Origin: a bacterium | Lineage (GTDB): Bacteria; Patescibacteriota; Patescibacteriia; Buchananbacterales; GWA2-38-13 | Assembly (NCBI GenBank): GCA_030648715.1 | Contig: JAUSGZ010000045.1 | Location: forward strand, 1-47,960 | Direction of reading: 5' to 3' | Length of the DNA: 47,960 nucleotides | Shown: one piece after another, positions 35,185-45,043 of the stretch | How positions within the stretch are numbered: the first letter of the stretch is position 1 | How the letters are laid out: each line of letters begins with the position of its first letter | Notes under the pieces: generated by a model | Database searches by the model: none | Seen by the model: only the letters and a program-made list of their open reading frames with translations | Told to the model about the DNA's origin: nothing | Program-made: the position numbers and the translations under genes

Positions 35185-36486
35185 CTATCGGCGCCACTCC
35201 GGGCTCTGGCGTACGAGGAGTTCTTCGGCGCGCTGCGGCTCTGCCATCAATTCCTTGACGACACGCTCCATCCGCACCCCCTGCGAACCCTTGACCAGCA
35301 GTACGTCGCCTGGCTCCAGCCGGTCCTGCAGGAAACGCCCGGCGGCCGCAGCATCCCCGAAGGTAAAGACGCGCTCCTCGGGCATGCCGGCCTCGCGCGC
35401 GCCGCGCGCAATATCGCGGCTCAACTCGCCGACGGCGACCAGGATATCCGTGCGCGAGGCGGCGACCAGCGCCCCGAGCTCGCGATGCGCGCGCCCGGTG
35501 ATCCTCCCCAGTTCCAGCATATCGCCCAAGACCGCGAACTTCTGGCCCGCACCGCTGGGAACCGAGTCCAGCAGGCGTACGGCGGCGGCGGCGGCCGACG
35601 GAGAACTGTTGTAGCTGTCATCAATGATGGCGCTGCGCTTGATACCGGGGACCAGGCGCAAGCGGCCCGGCGGCGGTTGATACGAACTGACGGCGGCCAC
35701 CGCGTCCCGCAGGCGCATTCCTTCCGCCACGCCGACCGCCACGGCCGCCAACGGCGCGTACAGCATCGCCTCCCCCAGCACGTTGGGCAGGGAGAGCGGC
35801 GCGGTTTCCTCCTTGAACCGCGCGGTGCAGGCGATCCCGCCGTGCAGCCGATTTTCCGCATCCGTTCCGTAGGTCGAGCGCACGTCGATCGCCCGCAACT
35901 GCGCGCCTTCGCTCATACCGTAGGTGATGACGCGCGCCTTAGTTCTTTTCGCCATGGCCGCGACCAAGGGCTCATCGGCATTGAGGACCGCCGTACCGTC
36001 GGCGGGCAGCGCGGACACCAGCCTCCCCTTCTCGGCAGCGACGGCGGCCACGGTCTTCATCGTCGCCAGGTGCACCGCCGACACCGCGGTCACCACGCCG
36101 ATCTTTGGCTGCAGGAATTCCACCAGGTATGCCATGTCCCCCGGCTTATCGACGCCCAGTTCCAACACCAGCCGCGCAGGGTAGCGGCGGCGCACGCCCC
36201 AACCCTGCCCGACGCCGTCGAGCAGCACGCCGAGCCACCGCAGCGGCGAACGCAGGCCGCTCACCTGCCCCAGCACCGCCAGCGGCACGCCCAGTTCATT
36301 GTTGTAATTCTTCGGGCTGACCCGCAACGAATCCAAACTGCCCAACACGAGCGCGATGGCTTGCACCGTCGAGGTCTTGCCGACGCTGCCACTGACGCCG
36401 ACGACCGTCGGATGGTAACGGAACAACACCCGGCGCGCAAACGTGCGCAAGAGGCGTTGGAGCAGACGGTGGATGATGGCGGCCAT
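35185..36486 (-). CDS. murF: UDP-N-acetylmuramoyl-tripeptide--D-Ala-D-Ala ligase
   Basis: GSVGKTST, NYNNELGVPL, LELG, IIDDSYNSSP, LGDMLELG, LVKGS. Confidence 0.93.
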   Translation of the reverse strand: MAAIIHRLLQRLLRTFARRVLFRYHPTVVGVSGSVGKTSTVQAIALVLGSLDSLRVSPKNYNNELGVPLAVLGQVSGLRSPLRWLGVLLDGVGQGWGVRRRYPARLVLELGVDKPGDMAYLVEFLQPKIGVVTAVSAVHLATMKTVAAVAAEKGRLVSALPADGTAVLNADEPLVAAMAKRTKARVITYGMSEGAQLRAIDVRSTYGTDAENRLHGGIACTARFKEETAPLSLPNVLGEAMLYAPLAAVAVGVAEGMRLRDAVAAVSSYQPPPGRLRLVPGIKRSAIIDDSYNSSPSAAAAAVRLLDSVPSGAGQKFAVLGDMLELGRITGRAHRELGALVAASRTDILVAVGELSRDIARGAREAGMPEERVFTFGDAAAAGRFLQDRLEPGDVLLVKGSQGVRMERVVKELMAEPQRAEELLVRQSPEWRR

Positions 36487-36490
36487 AGAG

Positions 36491-38266
36491 TTACCGCTGC
36501 GGCGGCAATTGGAAGTAGTCTACCAAAAACTCGCCGAGCTGACGAAAGATGACCGTCGTTGAGTCGGCGGCGTGCTTGACCTTGGTCGGCCGGTCCAATT
36601 TCACGACGATCACGAACGCCGGCTTATACGCCGGGAAATACCCGATGAACGTGTGGTTCACTTCCTCTCCGTAGCCGCCGGAAGGGTCGGCGATCTGGGC
36701 CGTGCCGGTCTTGCCGGCGACGTAGTACCCGGCGAGCTTGGCTTTGTGGTCGTAGGCTCCCTCCAAGGCCTGCACCAGCATCCCGGTCACGGTACTCGCC
36801 GTCCGCCCGGTAACGACCTGGCGGATGGCTTGCGGGGCGGTCTTGACCACGCTGCCGTCCGCGTGCCGGCGCTCCGCGACGATGTAGGGGCGCATCAGCG
36901 TCCCGTTGTTCGCCAGCACCCCGAAGGCAGCGGCCAGCTGCAGCGGCGTAACGGTGATCCCCTGGCCGAACGAAGCCGTCATCGCATAGATATCACCCCG
37001 GCGATCCAAACTGCTGATATTGCCGGCCACCTCGGCATCCAGCGTGACCCCCGTCGGCTTTCCGAACCCGAAATCCTGCACGTAGCGGTGAAAAGCCTCA
37101 TTCCCCGTTTTTGTCACCACGTAGACGGCGCCGGTGTTGAGCGACTTCTCCAGCACCTGCACCATGGTCTGCGTACCGTGCGCCTGCAGGTCGGAATTAC
37201 GGATGCGCTTGCCGTTCGCCAGCTTGATCTCGCCGGTATCCTCATAGACGTCCTGGGGTTTTACCGCGCCGCGGTCAATGGCGGCCGCCATCGTGATCGG
37301 CTTGAAGACCGACCCGGGCTCATAGGCCTCAAAGATGGCGGGGTTGTTGTAGACGGACGGGTCCTTGGCCTCGGCGTAACGCTCGGGGTCGAAATTCGGC
37401 ACGCTGCACATCGCCAGCACCGCTCCGGTGGACGGCTGGAGCACGATGACCGTGCCGCCCTGCGCCTCGAACGTCGCGACGCCCTGCCGCAGGCGATCGC
37501 AGGCGGCGATCTGCACCGCGCGGTCGACGGTCAGCACCAGATCGTCGCCGTCCCGCGCCTCCTGCAAGCTCCGTTCGCCGATGGCGAGCGGCCGGCCATA
37601 AGCATCCGCCACGCCGCGTTCGCTGCCGGCCGCACCCGCCAGCTCGCGTTCGAAATACCCTTCCAGCCCGTACCGTCCGACCCGCCGGTCGCCGGAAAAC
37701 CCGGTGAACCCCAGCAACTGGCCGCTGAATCCCGGTTCCGGGTAGTAACGGTAGCTCTCACGCACGTCCGTGATGCCGGGCAACGCCGCGGCGCGGATCT
37801 TTTCGACCTGCTCCTTGGTCACCTTGCGCCACAATGGTTCATACGGATCGGAGCGCCGCGAAAGTTTCGCCGCGATCGGCGGCCATTGCTCGGGCGTGAG
37901 GTCCAGTACGGTTGCGAGCATATCCACGACCCGGCCGGGGTTGGAAACCTTGCTGGGATTAGCGACGACCAGATAGTAGGTCCGATTGGTGACGATCGGA
38001 TACTCGACGCCCCGCTCGCGTACGAAGATGGAGCCGCGATCCGGTTCCAATTCCCGGTAGGCATCCTGCGCCTTGGCCGCCAAACTCATGAAATACTCAT
38101 GCCGCACCACCTGCAGGTAGAATAAGCGTCCGATAATGACCAGGGCGCACAAAAAAAAGACGGCGCCCAGCGTCCAGGCGCGCCGTATGGTCGGATCGGT
38201 GACCAGCCGCGCGTGCCGCGGCAGCGTGAACTGCGCTATCCCGCGACGGGGAGCGGCGTTCAGCAT
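36491..38266 (-). CDS. ftsI: Class B penicillin-binding protein (FtsI/PBP3-like)
   Basis: RGSI, RYYP, GLEG, EPGSVFKP (SxxK), SLN, GKTGTAQ; dcw position. Confidence 0.92.
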   Translation of the reverse strand: MLNAAPRRGIAQFTLPRHARLVTDPTIRRAWTLGAVFFLCALVIIGRLFYLQVVRHEYFMSLAAKAQDAYRELEPDRGSIFVRERGVEYPIVTNRTYYLVVANPSKVSNPGRVVDMLATVLDLTPEQWPPIAAKLSRRSDPYEPLWRKVTKEQVEKIRAAALPGITDVRESYRYYPEPGFSGQLLGFTGFSGDRRVGRYGLEGYFERELAGAAGSERGVADAYGRPLAIGERSLQEARDGDDLVLTVDRAVQIAACDRLRQGVATFEAQGGTVIVLQPSTGAVLAMCSVPNFDPERYAEAKDPSVYNNPAIFEAYEPGSVFKPITMAAAIDRGAVKPQDVYEDTGEIKLANGKRIRNSDLQAHGTQTMVQVLEKSLNTGAVYVVTKTGNEAFHRYVQDFGFGKPTGVTLDAEVAGNISSLDRRGDIYAMTASFGQGITVTPLQLAAAFGVLANNGTLMRPYIVAERRHADGSVVKTAPQAIRQVVTGRTASTVTGMLVQALEGAYDHKAKLAGYYVAGKTGTAQIADPSGGYGEEVNHTFIGYFPAYKPAFVIVVKLDRPTKVKHAADSTTVIFRQLGEFLVDYFQLPPQR

Positions 38267-38278
38267 CAGGCCCGTGCG

Positions 38279-38647
38279 TTAGTATCCGGCACCGCCGGCA
38301 GGCGCGTAGCCGACCGGCCCGACAGCGCTGACGTAGCGAACGTCATTGGCCGGCACCAGCTGCAGCGAGGTGACGCGCTGCTCGAGATTCTGGAAGGACT
38401 GCAGCTCCAGCGCCCGGCTCTCCAAATCGCGGGTTTCCAGCCGCAGCTGGTCGAGCTGGTCGCGCAAGGACTGCATCTGATACCCCTTGGCTGCCAGATT
38501 GTTGGCCTGCACCAGGTACGAAGCGAGCGCGAACAGCAACCCGCCAACGGCCAGGGTGCACCAGACCCGCGGATTGAACGACGGCAGCGCCAGGACCGTC
38601 GCGCCACCCCCGCCGGTCCGGTGGCTCATCGCGTAGAAACGTCCCAT
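38279..38647 (-). CDS. FtsL-like cell division protein
   Basis: One TM followed by leucine-zipper coiled coil, located between rsmH and ftsI. Confidence 0.7.
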   Translation of the reverse strand: MGRFYAMSHRTGGGGATVLALPSFNPRVWCTLAVGGLLFALASYLVQANNLAAKGYQMQSLRDQLDQLRLETRDLESRALELQSFQNLEQRVTSLQLVPANDVRYVSAVGPVGYAPAGGAGY

Positions 38648-38658
38648 AGGTTTTGTGA

Positions 38659-39636
38659 TTATGTTTGTTTGATTAAGGGAATTTGATTGAAAAGTCGCTG
38701 GGCGATCCGGAGCTTGGCGCTGCGGCTGCGGGGATTGGCGGCCACTTCGGCGTCGCCGGGGATCACGGGCTTGCGGGTCACCGCCGCGAGGTACGGGCCG
38801 CCGCAGGTGCAACGCGGCGCATCGCTTGGACACCGGCAGGGCCGAGCGTACTCGCGGAAGAACTGCTTGACGATACGGTCTTCCAAGGAGTGGTAGCTGA
38901 TAACGGCCATCCGCGCCCCGGGCGGGAGGAGCGTCAAGGAGGAGCGCAAGGCGGTCTGTAAATTTTCAAGTTCGTGGTTGACCGCGATGCGCAGGGCCTG
39001 GAACGTGCGGGTCGCCGGATGACGGCGCGACGGCTTGCCGTAGTGGTGGCGGTAGACGCCGGCAACCACCGCGGCCAGCTGCGCCCCCTGGCGGAACGGC
39101 TCACGCTCGCGCAAACGGACGATGGCCGAAGCGATGGGTCTGGCCAGCGGTTCCTCTCCATAGCTTTTCAAGACGTCGGCCAATTTGCCCACCGGCAGGC
39201 GGTTCACCAGGTCCGCCGCGGTCGGCACCTCGGTCGTCGCATCGAAACGGAAATCGAGGCGCTCGGCGTCAAAGCCGAATCCCGCTTCCGGGGCATCCAG
39301 CTGCAGCGATGACAGCCCCAAGTCCAGCAGGCACCCGCCGCTCGGCGTGAACCCGAGCGTTTTGGCGACCTCCTCCATGGTTGTGAAATTACCGTGCGCA
39401 ACGAGCATCCGCTTTCCCAGTGCGGGGTCGCTGGCCACGAGCTTGAGCCGCGCAACCGCGTTCGTATCCCAGTCGATCGCCAGCACTTGTCCGTCCGGCG
39501 CGGTGGCGGAAAGCAGCGCCCGCGCATGACCTCCGTTGCCGGCCGTGCCATCGATGAAATGCTTGCCGGGGGCGGCGGCCAGCCCACTCACCACTTCCGC
39601 GACCAGCACCGGCTGATGGCCTTCAGGACGGGGCAT
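38659..39636 (-). CDS. rsmH: 16S rRNA m4C1402 methyltransferase
   Basis: HQPVL, DGTAGNGGH, DLGLSSLQLD, HPATRTFQALRIAVN, ISYHSLEDRIVK, NPRSRSAKLR. Confidence 0.97.
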   Translation of the reverse strand: MPRPEGHQPVLVAEVVSGLAAAPGKHFIDGTAGNGGHARALLSATAPDGQVLAIDWDTNAVARLKLVASDPALGKRMLVAHGNFTTMEEVAKTLGFTPSGGCLLDLGLSSLQLDAPEAGFGFDAERLDFRFDATTEVPTAADLVNRLPVGKLADVLKSYGEEPLARPIASAIVRLREREPFRQGAQLAAVVAGVYRHHYGKPSRRHPATRTFQALRIAVNHELENLQTALRSSLTLLPPGARMAVISYHSLEDRIVKQFFREYARPCRCPSDAPRCTCGGPYLAAVTRKPVIPGDAEVAANPRSRSAKLRIAQRLFNQIPLIKQT

Positions 39637-39640
39637 ACCC

Positions 39641-40072
39641 CTACACCCCCAGTTCGCCCAACGCCTCCGAGATCTCAACGCTCTTGCCTTCGGTCTGTTT
39701 CTTGTATTCGCTCCACTTGGCGGCATCCCAGATCTCCAACCGGTTGTAGAGGCCCGCGATGACCACCTGCTTGCCCAACCCGGCGAACTGGCGCAGGTAC
39801 TCGGGCACGCTGATGCGGCCCTGCCCGTCCGGGGAAACGTCCATCGCCCCGGCCAGCATCAGACGAGCGAACGCGCGCGTATTGGCCTTCGCCAGCGGAA
39901 GTGCTGCCAGTTTTGCGACCAGTTTCCCCCACTCGGCCTGGGTGTAAACGAACAAACAGCTGTCCAGCCCCCGCGTGACGACCACGCCGCGCCGCAGCAC
40001 GGTGCGAAACTTTGCCGGGACTGCGATGCGCCCTTTTTCGTCAATGGAATGCTGGTATTCGCCGATGAACAT
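39641..40072 (-). CDS. mraZ: Transcriptional regulator MraZ
   Basis: MFIGEY.HSIDEKGR..VPAKFR, DGQGRI, RLEIW. Confidence 0.97.
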   Translation of the reverse strand: MFIGEYQHSIDEKGRIAVPAKFRTVLRRGVVVTRGLDSCLFVYTQAEWGKLVAKLAALPLAKANTRAFARLMLAGAMDVSPDGQGRISVPEYLRQFAGLGKQVVIAGLYNRLEIWDAAKWSEYKKQTEGKSVEISEALGELGV

Positions 40073-40117
40073 AAACCGCTGCAATTTTGCCGAGATATCC
40101 ACAAATTTGAGCCCTTC

Positions 40118-40190
40118 TCCCCACTTTTATCCACTTTTCACCACAATACATATACTTTATACCACTCCCACACCACTGTCAACCACTTTC
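40118..40190 (-). promoter_or_regulatory. mraZ promoter with periodic GTGG MraZ-type boxes
   Basis: CCAC on + strand at 40121, 40131, 40141, 40162, 40173, 40183; minus-strand TTGACA-17-TAAAGT. Confidence 0.8.
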
Positions 40191-40328
40191 AAATAGCCAA
40201 ATTTCCTCAAAATTAAGTCAAAAAATGCCGCTACCAGTCAAGGCGTGGCTGCCTGTGGATAGATGTGTTTTTCCAAACAAAAAAGTGGCGGCTGCCACTT
40301 CATCTTCATCCGTTCCCAAACCGGGCTA

Positions 40329-40706
40329 TCAGGACTTGGCCGTCACGTTCGGTGCGGAACGGTAGCGCGGCTGCACCCAGGCGCGAGCACGCGTGTGTTT
40401 GCCGCGGCGCGAAACGATTTCTCCCTGTGCTACCGATGCCACCGGCACTCCCCAGGCGTAGCCCAAGGCATTCGCGGCGACCGCGCCGGCACGCAGCTGC
40501 GTGAACCCGGCAAGGCCCTGCGGGTCATGGACCACCGTGACGCTCAACGGCCTGCTGCGGCCGCGCAGCAAGGCGGCGATCAGCGGCAAAATGCGCTCCG
40601 TCCCGTGGAACGGCGTTGCCGCCGACGCTCGAGCGACGACCCGGCGGCCGTTGAGCAGCAATGCGGTGACGCGCTGCGGAACGGTCGTATCAAGACGCAG
40701 TTCCAT
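40329..40706 (-). CDS. Short TsaB/YeaZ-like protein
   Basis: LDTT, H.TERILPLI..LL, GFTQLRAG...ANALGYAWGVPV, PRY...PNVT; only 125 aa. Confidence 0.7.
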   Translation of the reverse strand: MELRLDTTVPQRVTALLLNGRRVVARASAATPFHGTERILPLIAALLRGRSRPLSVTVVHDPQGLAGFTQLRAGAVAANALGYAWGVPVASVAQGEIVSRRGKHTRARAWVQPRYRSAPNVTAKS

Positions 40707-40717
40707 GCGTACCTCAG

Positions 40718-41350
40718 CTAGCGGATGCCGTGGCGCAAACGGTCAATGACCACGAGCTTCTTATTCTCCAGGATGGTATAGAGGAACTTGTCGGTGATGT
40801 TGTGTCGGTAGCGGAACTCGGCAACCGTCATCACCGTGTAGTTGATGGGATGGTCAAGCTCGCGCTCGAACTGTCCCATCAGGCGGGACAGCCGCTTGCG
40901 GTTGACGGTTCCGACCAGCAGCAGGTCGGTGCTGAAACCTTCCAGGCCGACGAACATGCCGGTCAGCACCAACAGCTGTACGGACGCGATGTTTTTGATC
41001 CGCTCGATGAGCTTCTGTTCCACGAGCAACTGCGCCTTGACCAGCAGCGCCTTGAGCTCCGGGTACAGAAGGAAGCTGGGATTGGCAAGGTAAAATTTCT
41101 TCAACTGCTTGCGCACGCGGACCTTGCGCGAACGCTTGGCCGCCTCCTTGCTGCCGGGGAGCACACTGGGCGACAGCATCGGACTGATGATGCCGATGCT
41201 TTCAAGATTGGCGACCTCCCGCCGTACTGAATTCAGCTGGACGTGGATCGCCCGCGCCAGTTCGCGCAGGTAGTAGGGCTGCTCCGGGTTATTCAAAAAC
41301 CGCTGGAGAAGTTTGACCCGGGTGGTTGAACTAAACAAGTGTTCAAGCAT
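40718..41350 (-). CDS. Winged-HTH protein with degenerate nucleotidyltransferase-like C-domain
   Basis: LFSSTTRVKLL, YYLRELAR...NSVRREVANLESIG; LVLTGMF....TDLLLVG, INYTVMT..EF.YR. Confidence 0.78.
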   Translation of the reverse strand: MLEHLFSSTTRVKLLQRFLNNPEQPYYLRELARAIHVQLNSVRREVANLESIGIISPMLSPSVLPGSKEAAKRSRKVRVRKQLKKFYLANPSFLLYPELKALLVKAQLLVEQKLIERIKNIASVQLLVLTGMFVGLEGFSTDLLLVGTVNRKRLSRLMGQFERELDHPINYTVMTVAEFRYRHNITDKFLYTILENKKLVVIDRLRHGIR

Positions 41351-41422
41351 AGGAATTCGCCTGACCGCGAACGTCGAATATAGTATACTATAGCCATTCC
41401 CCAACCGACAAACCCCCCGCCC

Positions 41423-43660
41423 ATGGACCGCTACATCGCAAAGATCACCACTCTGCAGGTGGATCCCGCCAACGGGAGCTCCGCCGGAAAAGTGTTCGTC
41501 GCCAAACCCTCGCTGGAGAAGGAACTTACCGCGGGTAAGATCTTCGGTTTTGCCGAGCTGACCGGGGTGGTCCCCGAGGGCGAGAGCCTGGTGGACCAAC
41601 TGCTGGATGAAGCAAAAGACGAGCTCTACCAGACGGGAGCGCTGCGCCGTCCCGGCGGAGCCGCCCCTGCCGCCGACCTGGAGGAACGCTTCGGGCAGGT
41701 GCTTCAGCACGTCAACGGCGCCGTGGCGACGTTCCTGGAAACCCACCGTACCGGCACGGATTTTCAGCAGAGCTCTATTCTTTTGGGCAACATCCGCCAG
41801 CAGCAACTGGTCATTTCCACGGTCGGCAGCGTGACGGGCTACCTGTTCCATTACCGGCCGACGCACGACTACCAGACGGTGACCATTACCGAGCCAACGC
41901 CCGGGGTTGCGGTCAACCCGCTGCGGCTGTTCACCCAGACCATCGCCGGCAGCCTCGGCCCGCTGGACACCGCAATGTTCTGCTCCGACGGGGTGCTGGA
42001 CTACCTGTCGCTCCACACGCTGAAAACCACCGTGACCGGCAACGCCGGTCCGGATGCCGTGCGCCAGCTCAAAACCGCGCTCCTGCGCGCGCGGCCGAAA
42101 ACTCCGGCGGTCGCCATCATCATCAGCCTGGTGCTGCAGCGGCCCTCGCCTCCCCCGTTAAGCCTGAAAAATTTCGACTACCTGGGAGCAGCCTCGCGCG
42201 ACTCCATGCGGACGCTCGCCCACACCCAGCGACAAACCAGCCGCGTCCTGACCCCCCGCCTGCTGCCGGACGTGCAGAAATTCTGGCACTGGCTGCAGGA
42301 GACCGGCCAGCGCTACCGTCAGCGCATCCAGAACCGCCATGCAGCGCCCCCCGCCCCAAGCGCGCCGCCGACCCCCGTTCCCCCGCCACCTCCCCCGCAA
42401 GTGCGCTCGTCAAGTTTGGCCCTGGGGCGGGTGCGGGCTTTCACGGCGACCGCTTCGCGGCGCGCCTTCACCCACCCGGTGGTCAAGACCGCAGGCGCAA
42501 TGGTAACCACGCTGGCCGCCAACTCCTGGCGCCGCTACCGGTCGTGGTCATGGAAACGGCAACTGGCCGTGGCCGGCAGCCTGGTGCTGGCGGTCCTTTT
42601 GGTCTGGAACCTGGCAACCCTCTCCGGCCGGCGGGCAGTCACCGCCCGCGAGAAGGCATTCGCCACGGTGCTGGCGCAGGCCGAACGGTTGCGCGACGCC
42701 GCCCAAGCCGCGCTTATCTACCAGGACGAAACGGGCGCCCGCGAGCGCCTCAACGAAGGCCTGCGCATCCTGGACCAGCTGCCCCAAACGTTCATCGCGC
42801 ACCCGACGGTCGTGCGGACCCGGCGTGAGCTGAACGCCAAACTCAATGAGCTGCGCCATGAAGTCGTCATCGCCGACCCGCTGCAGCTGGCAAACTTCAA
42901 CAACCTGGACGACGACGCCCGCGCCGCGCCGACCATGGTGCGCCTGGGAGAGCGCCTCTACGCCCAGAACGCGCGCACAAAGGTCTTCTTCACACTCAAT
43001 TTGGTCAGCCGCTCCATCGCGGAAATCCAACCGTCCACCCCGCTCAATGGCACGCTGGCCTCGGCCACTCCCCTGTCGCGGACCTCGGCGGTACTCCTGG
43101 ACAACGACGGGCGTGTCCTGCGCCTGGACGGAACCGACCAGGTCCGCCCGCTGCCGATTTCACTCCCGGGCGGCAATGCCGTCGCCGTCGCGAGCTTCCG
43201 CGAACGGCTCTACCTGCTGTCCGCGGTTTCGGGCACGATCTTTCGGGCCGACCCGGCGGGCGGAGGGTTTGGCGCCCCGCGCAACTGGATCGCCGACCCG
43301 AGCGTTGACCTGCGGACGGCCGTCGACCTGACGCTGGACGGCGACTTGTATGTGCTGCTGGGCGACGGTGGCATCGTCAAATTGCGCCAGGGCAATCCCT
43401 CGCCGTTCGACCTGCAGCCGATCGACCCGCCGCTTTCCGGCCCGACCAAGATAAAAACGTCCGAAGCGTCGGCCTATCTGTACCTGCTGGACCCGCCCAC
43501 CAAGCGGATCGTGGTCGTCGGCAAGGACGGCAAGCTCGCGCGGCAGTACCGCTCGGCGGCTTTTGACGAGCTGCGCGACATCGTCGTGGACGAAACGGCA
43601 AAAACCATCTACGTGCTGAACGGCGCGCGCCTCTACGGCGTGCCGATGGAACATCTCTAA
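41423..43660 (+). CDS. Large membrane protein: PP2C-like N-domain, TM, coiled coil, beta-propeller-like C-domain
   Basis: MFCSDGVLDYL motif, Pro-rich linker, one TM, repeated LYLL/LYVL..D strands. Domain calls are tentative. Confidence 0.7.
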   Translation: MDRYIAKITTLQVDPANGSSAGKVFVAKPSLEKELTAGKIFGFAELTGVVPEGESLVDQLLDEAKDELYQTGALRRPGGAAPAADLEERFGQVLQHVNGAVATFLETHRTGTDFQQSSILLGNIRQQQLVISTVGSVTGYLFHYRPTHDYQTVTITEPTPGVAVNPLRLFTQTIAGSLGPLDTAMFCSDGVLDYLSLHTLKTTVTGNAGPDAVRQLKTALLRARPKTPAVAIIISLVLQRPSPPPLSLKNFDYLGAASRDSMRTLAHTQRQTSRVLTPRLLPDVQKFWHWLQETGQRYRQRIQNRHAAPPAPSAPPTPVPPPPPPQVRSSSLALGRVRAFTATASRRAFTHPVVKTAGAMVTTLAANSWRRYRSWSWKRQLAVAGSLVLAVLLVWNLATLSGRRAVTAREKAFATVLAQAERLRDAAQAALIYQDETGARERLNEGLRILDQLPQTFIAHPTVVRTRRELNAKLNELRHEVVIADPLQLANFNNLDDDARAAPTMVRLGERLYAQNARTKVFFTLNLVSRSIAEIQPSTPLNGTLASATPLSRTSAVLLDNDGRVLRLDGTDQVRPLPISLPGGNAVAVASFRERLYLLSAVSGTIFRADPAGGGFGAPRNWIADPSVDLRTAVDLTLDGDLYVLLGDGGIVKLRQGNPSPFDLQPIDPPLSGPTKIKTSEASAYLYLLDPPTKRIVVVGKDGKLARQYRSAAFDELRDIVVDETAKTIYVLNGARLYGVPMEHL

Positions 43661-43804
43661 AAATCCGGAACCAAAATTCGCACCCCGCCCGGAGTGTTTT
43701 TTTTGCGCCGGGCAGGATTGACAAACGGCAAAAAATCAGCTACGGTGGCATCCGCGTTTTTGGCCCTTTGTCCCAAGCCCCGCTACAACCCAAAAGGAGG
43801 ACGC

Positions 43805-44251
43805 ATGTCCTTTATCGAGGAGCTCAACCGCCAGCTCGCAAACGTCGACCTCGGCGACCTCGCCGAACCCCGAGAGGACGGTATTTCCGAAAACGACCAC
43901 GTCGTTGGGTCGCTGCCCGATGACCTCAAGCGCCTGTACACGCTGCGCCTGCGGTCCATCACCGACGAACCGTTGGTCCAGGCAAAAGCCCTGCGCGCCC
44001 TCGCTGACGTCACCCAGGAACACCGAGGTGTCGTCCCCGCCGCAAGTGTCGATGACGTCGAACGCAGCCTGGAGCTCCAGCGCCACCGCCGCCGCGCGCT
44101 GGATACCCTGTTTTGGACGGCACTGCGGACCGAGTTCCCCGAGCTTGCCACCAAACGGTGCCTCGCCATCCGCAAAGGCTGGCAAGTCGTATGGAGCGAG
44201 GACGAGTCCGACGACGCTCCGCGAGCACTCATCATCATCAGGGGCAGGTAG
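43805..44251 (+). CDS. Hypothetical protein, paralog A
   Basis: TTGACA-17-TACGGT, AAGGAGG SD, own terminator; homologous to 44408..44869. Confidence 0.8.
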   Translation: MSFIEELNRQLANVDLGDLAEPREDGISENDHVVGSLPDDLKRLYTLRLRSITDEPLVQAKALRALADVTQEHRGVVPAASVDDVERSLELQRHRRRALDTLFWTALRTEFPELATKRCLAIRKGWQVVWSEDESDDAPRALIIIRGR

Positions 44252-44407
44252 CCCCAAATCCCAACCTCCGTCGTTCTCTGCCGACCAGCGGACCCTCACC
44301 GGTCCGTTTTTTTTATATAGCCCTAACTTGACAAAAAATAAAAAACGGGTTAATCTTTGACCCAACGTTTTTGTTGTTTCTTCCAAGGCCCTTTACAAGG
44401 AGGACGA

Positions 44408-44869
44408 ATGTCCGATCCGAAGGCGAACGGTCTGTTCGCACAACTCACCGCCAGAATGGCGGACGTCAACCTCGGCGACCTGGACGAGCCCACCGACGAG
44501 GTACAGGACGACGAGGAAGTCATCGGAGAGCTCACCGATGAGCTCAAGCGCCTGTACGCACTGCGGTCGCAGGAGATCGACCGGTGCAGCACCTTCAACG
44601 TCGCCAACCTGCGCAAGGCGGCCGACCTGATGGAACGCAACCCATCGCCCGATGAGATGCGGGAGGCGCTCCAAGGCATCGCCCAGGAGAAGCTCGCCCA
44701 CGAGATCCGCCACGATGCCGTGGAGACGCTCTTCTCGGCGGCGTTGCGGCTCGAGTTCCCGGCGGCGGCCGACAAGAAGGTCGTCATCCGCGAAGGGTGG
44801 CAGGTAGTCACTCGCCCCGACCGCTCTCGCGGCCTGCCTGCGGCGCTGCTCGAGCTGCTTTCCCGCTGA
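44408..44869 (+). CDS. Hypothetical protein, paralog B
   Basis: TTGACA-17-TAATCT, AAGGAGG SD, own terminator; shares LGDL.EP, LKRLY.LR, LR.EFP, IR.GWQVV with paralog A. Confidence 0.8.
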   Translation: MSDPKANGLFAQLTARMADVNLGDLDEPTDEVQDDEEVIGELTDELKRLYALRSQEIDRCSTFNVANLRKAADLMERNPSPDEMREALQGIAQEKLAHEIRHDAVETLFSAALRLEFPAAADKKVVIREGWQVVTRPDRSRGLPAALLELLSR

Positions 44870-45043
44870 ACGCAGTCGCGTTCGTCCCTGCACCCTAGTT
44901 CCACGACGGGCGGGTCCCCACCGGACCCGCTCTTTTTTTATCAAAAAATGCTTGTCAAACGACAAAAATCCCCCGCCAACGGCGGGGGATTTTCTGTTCA
45001 AACGGACTGAGTACAGAGCACGGGGTACTGAGTACCCAACGCG

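Noticed and set aside
24986-38125. Long antisense ORFs such as 24986..26404, 28444..29376, 35485..36552, 36572..38125
   Set aside because: Opposite to well-supported genes; expected in GC-rich DNA; no motifs.
40095-40262. DnaA-box-like 9-mers near the mraZ promoter (possible oriC)
   Set aside because: Only two or three imperfect matches, partly explained by MraZ boxes; no dnaA or DUE nearby.
45004-45036. Degenerate 7-bp repeats (gtactga/gtacaga/gcacggg) after rplL
   Set aside because: Too short and degenerate to support a feature.
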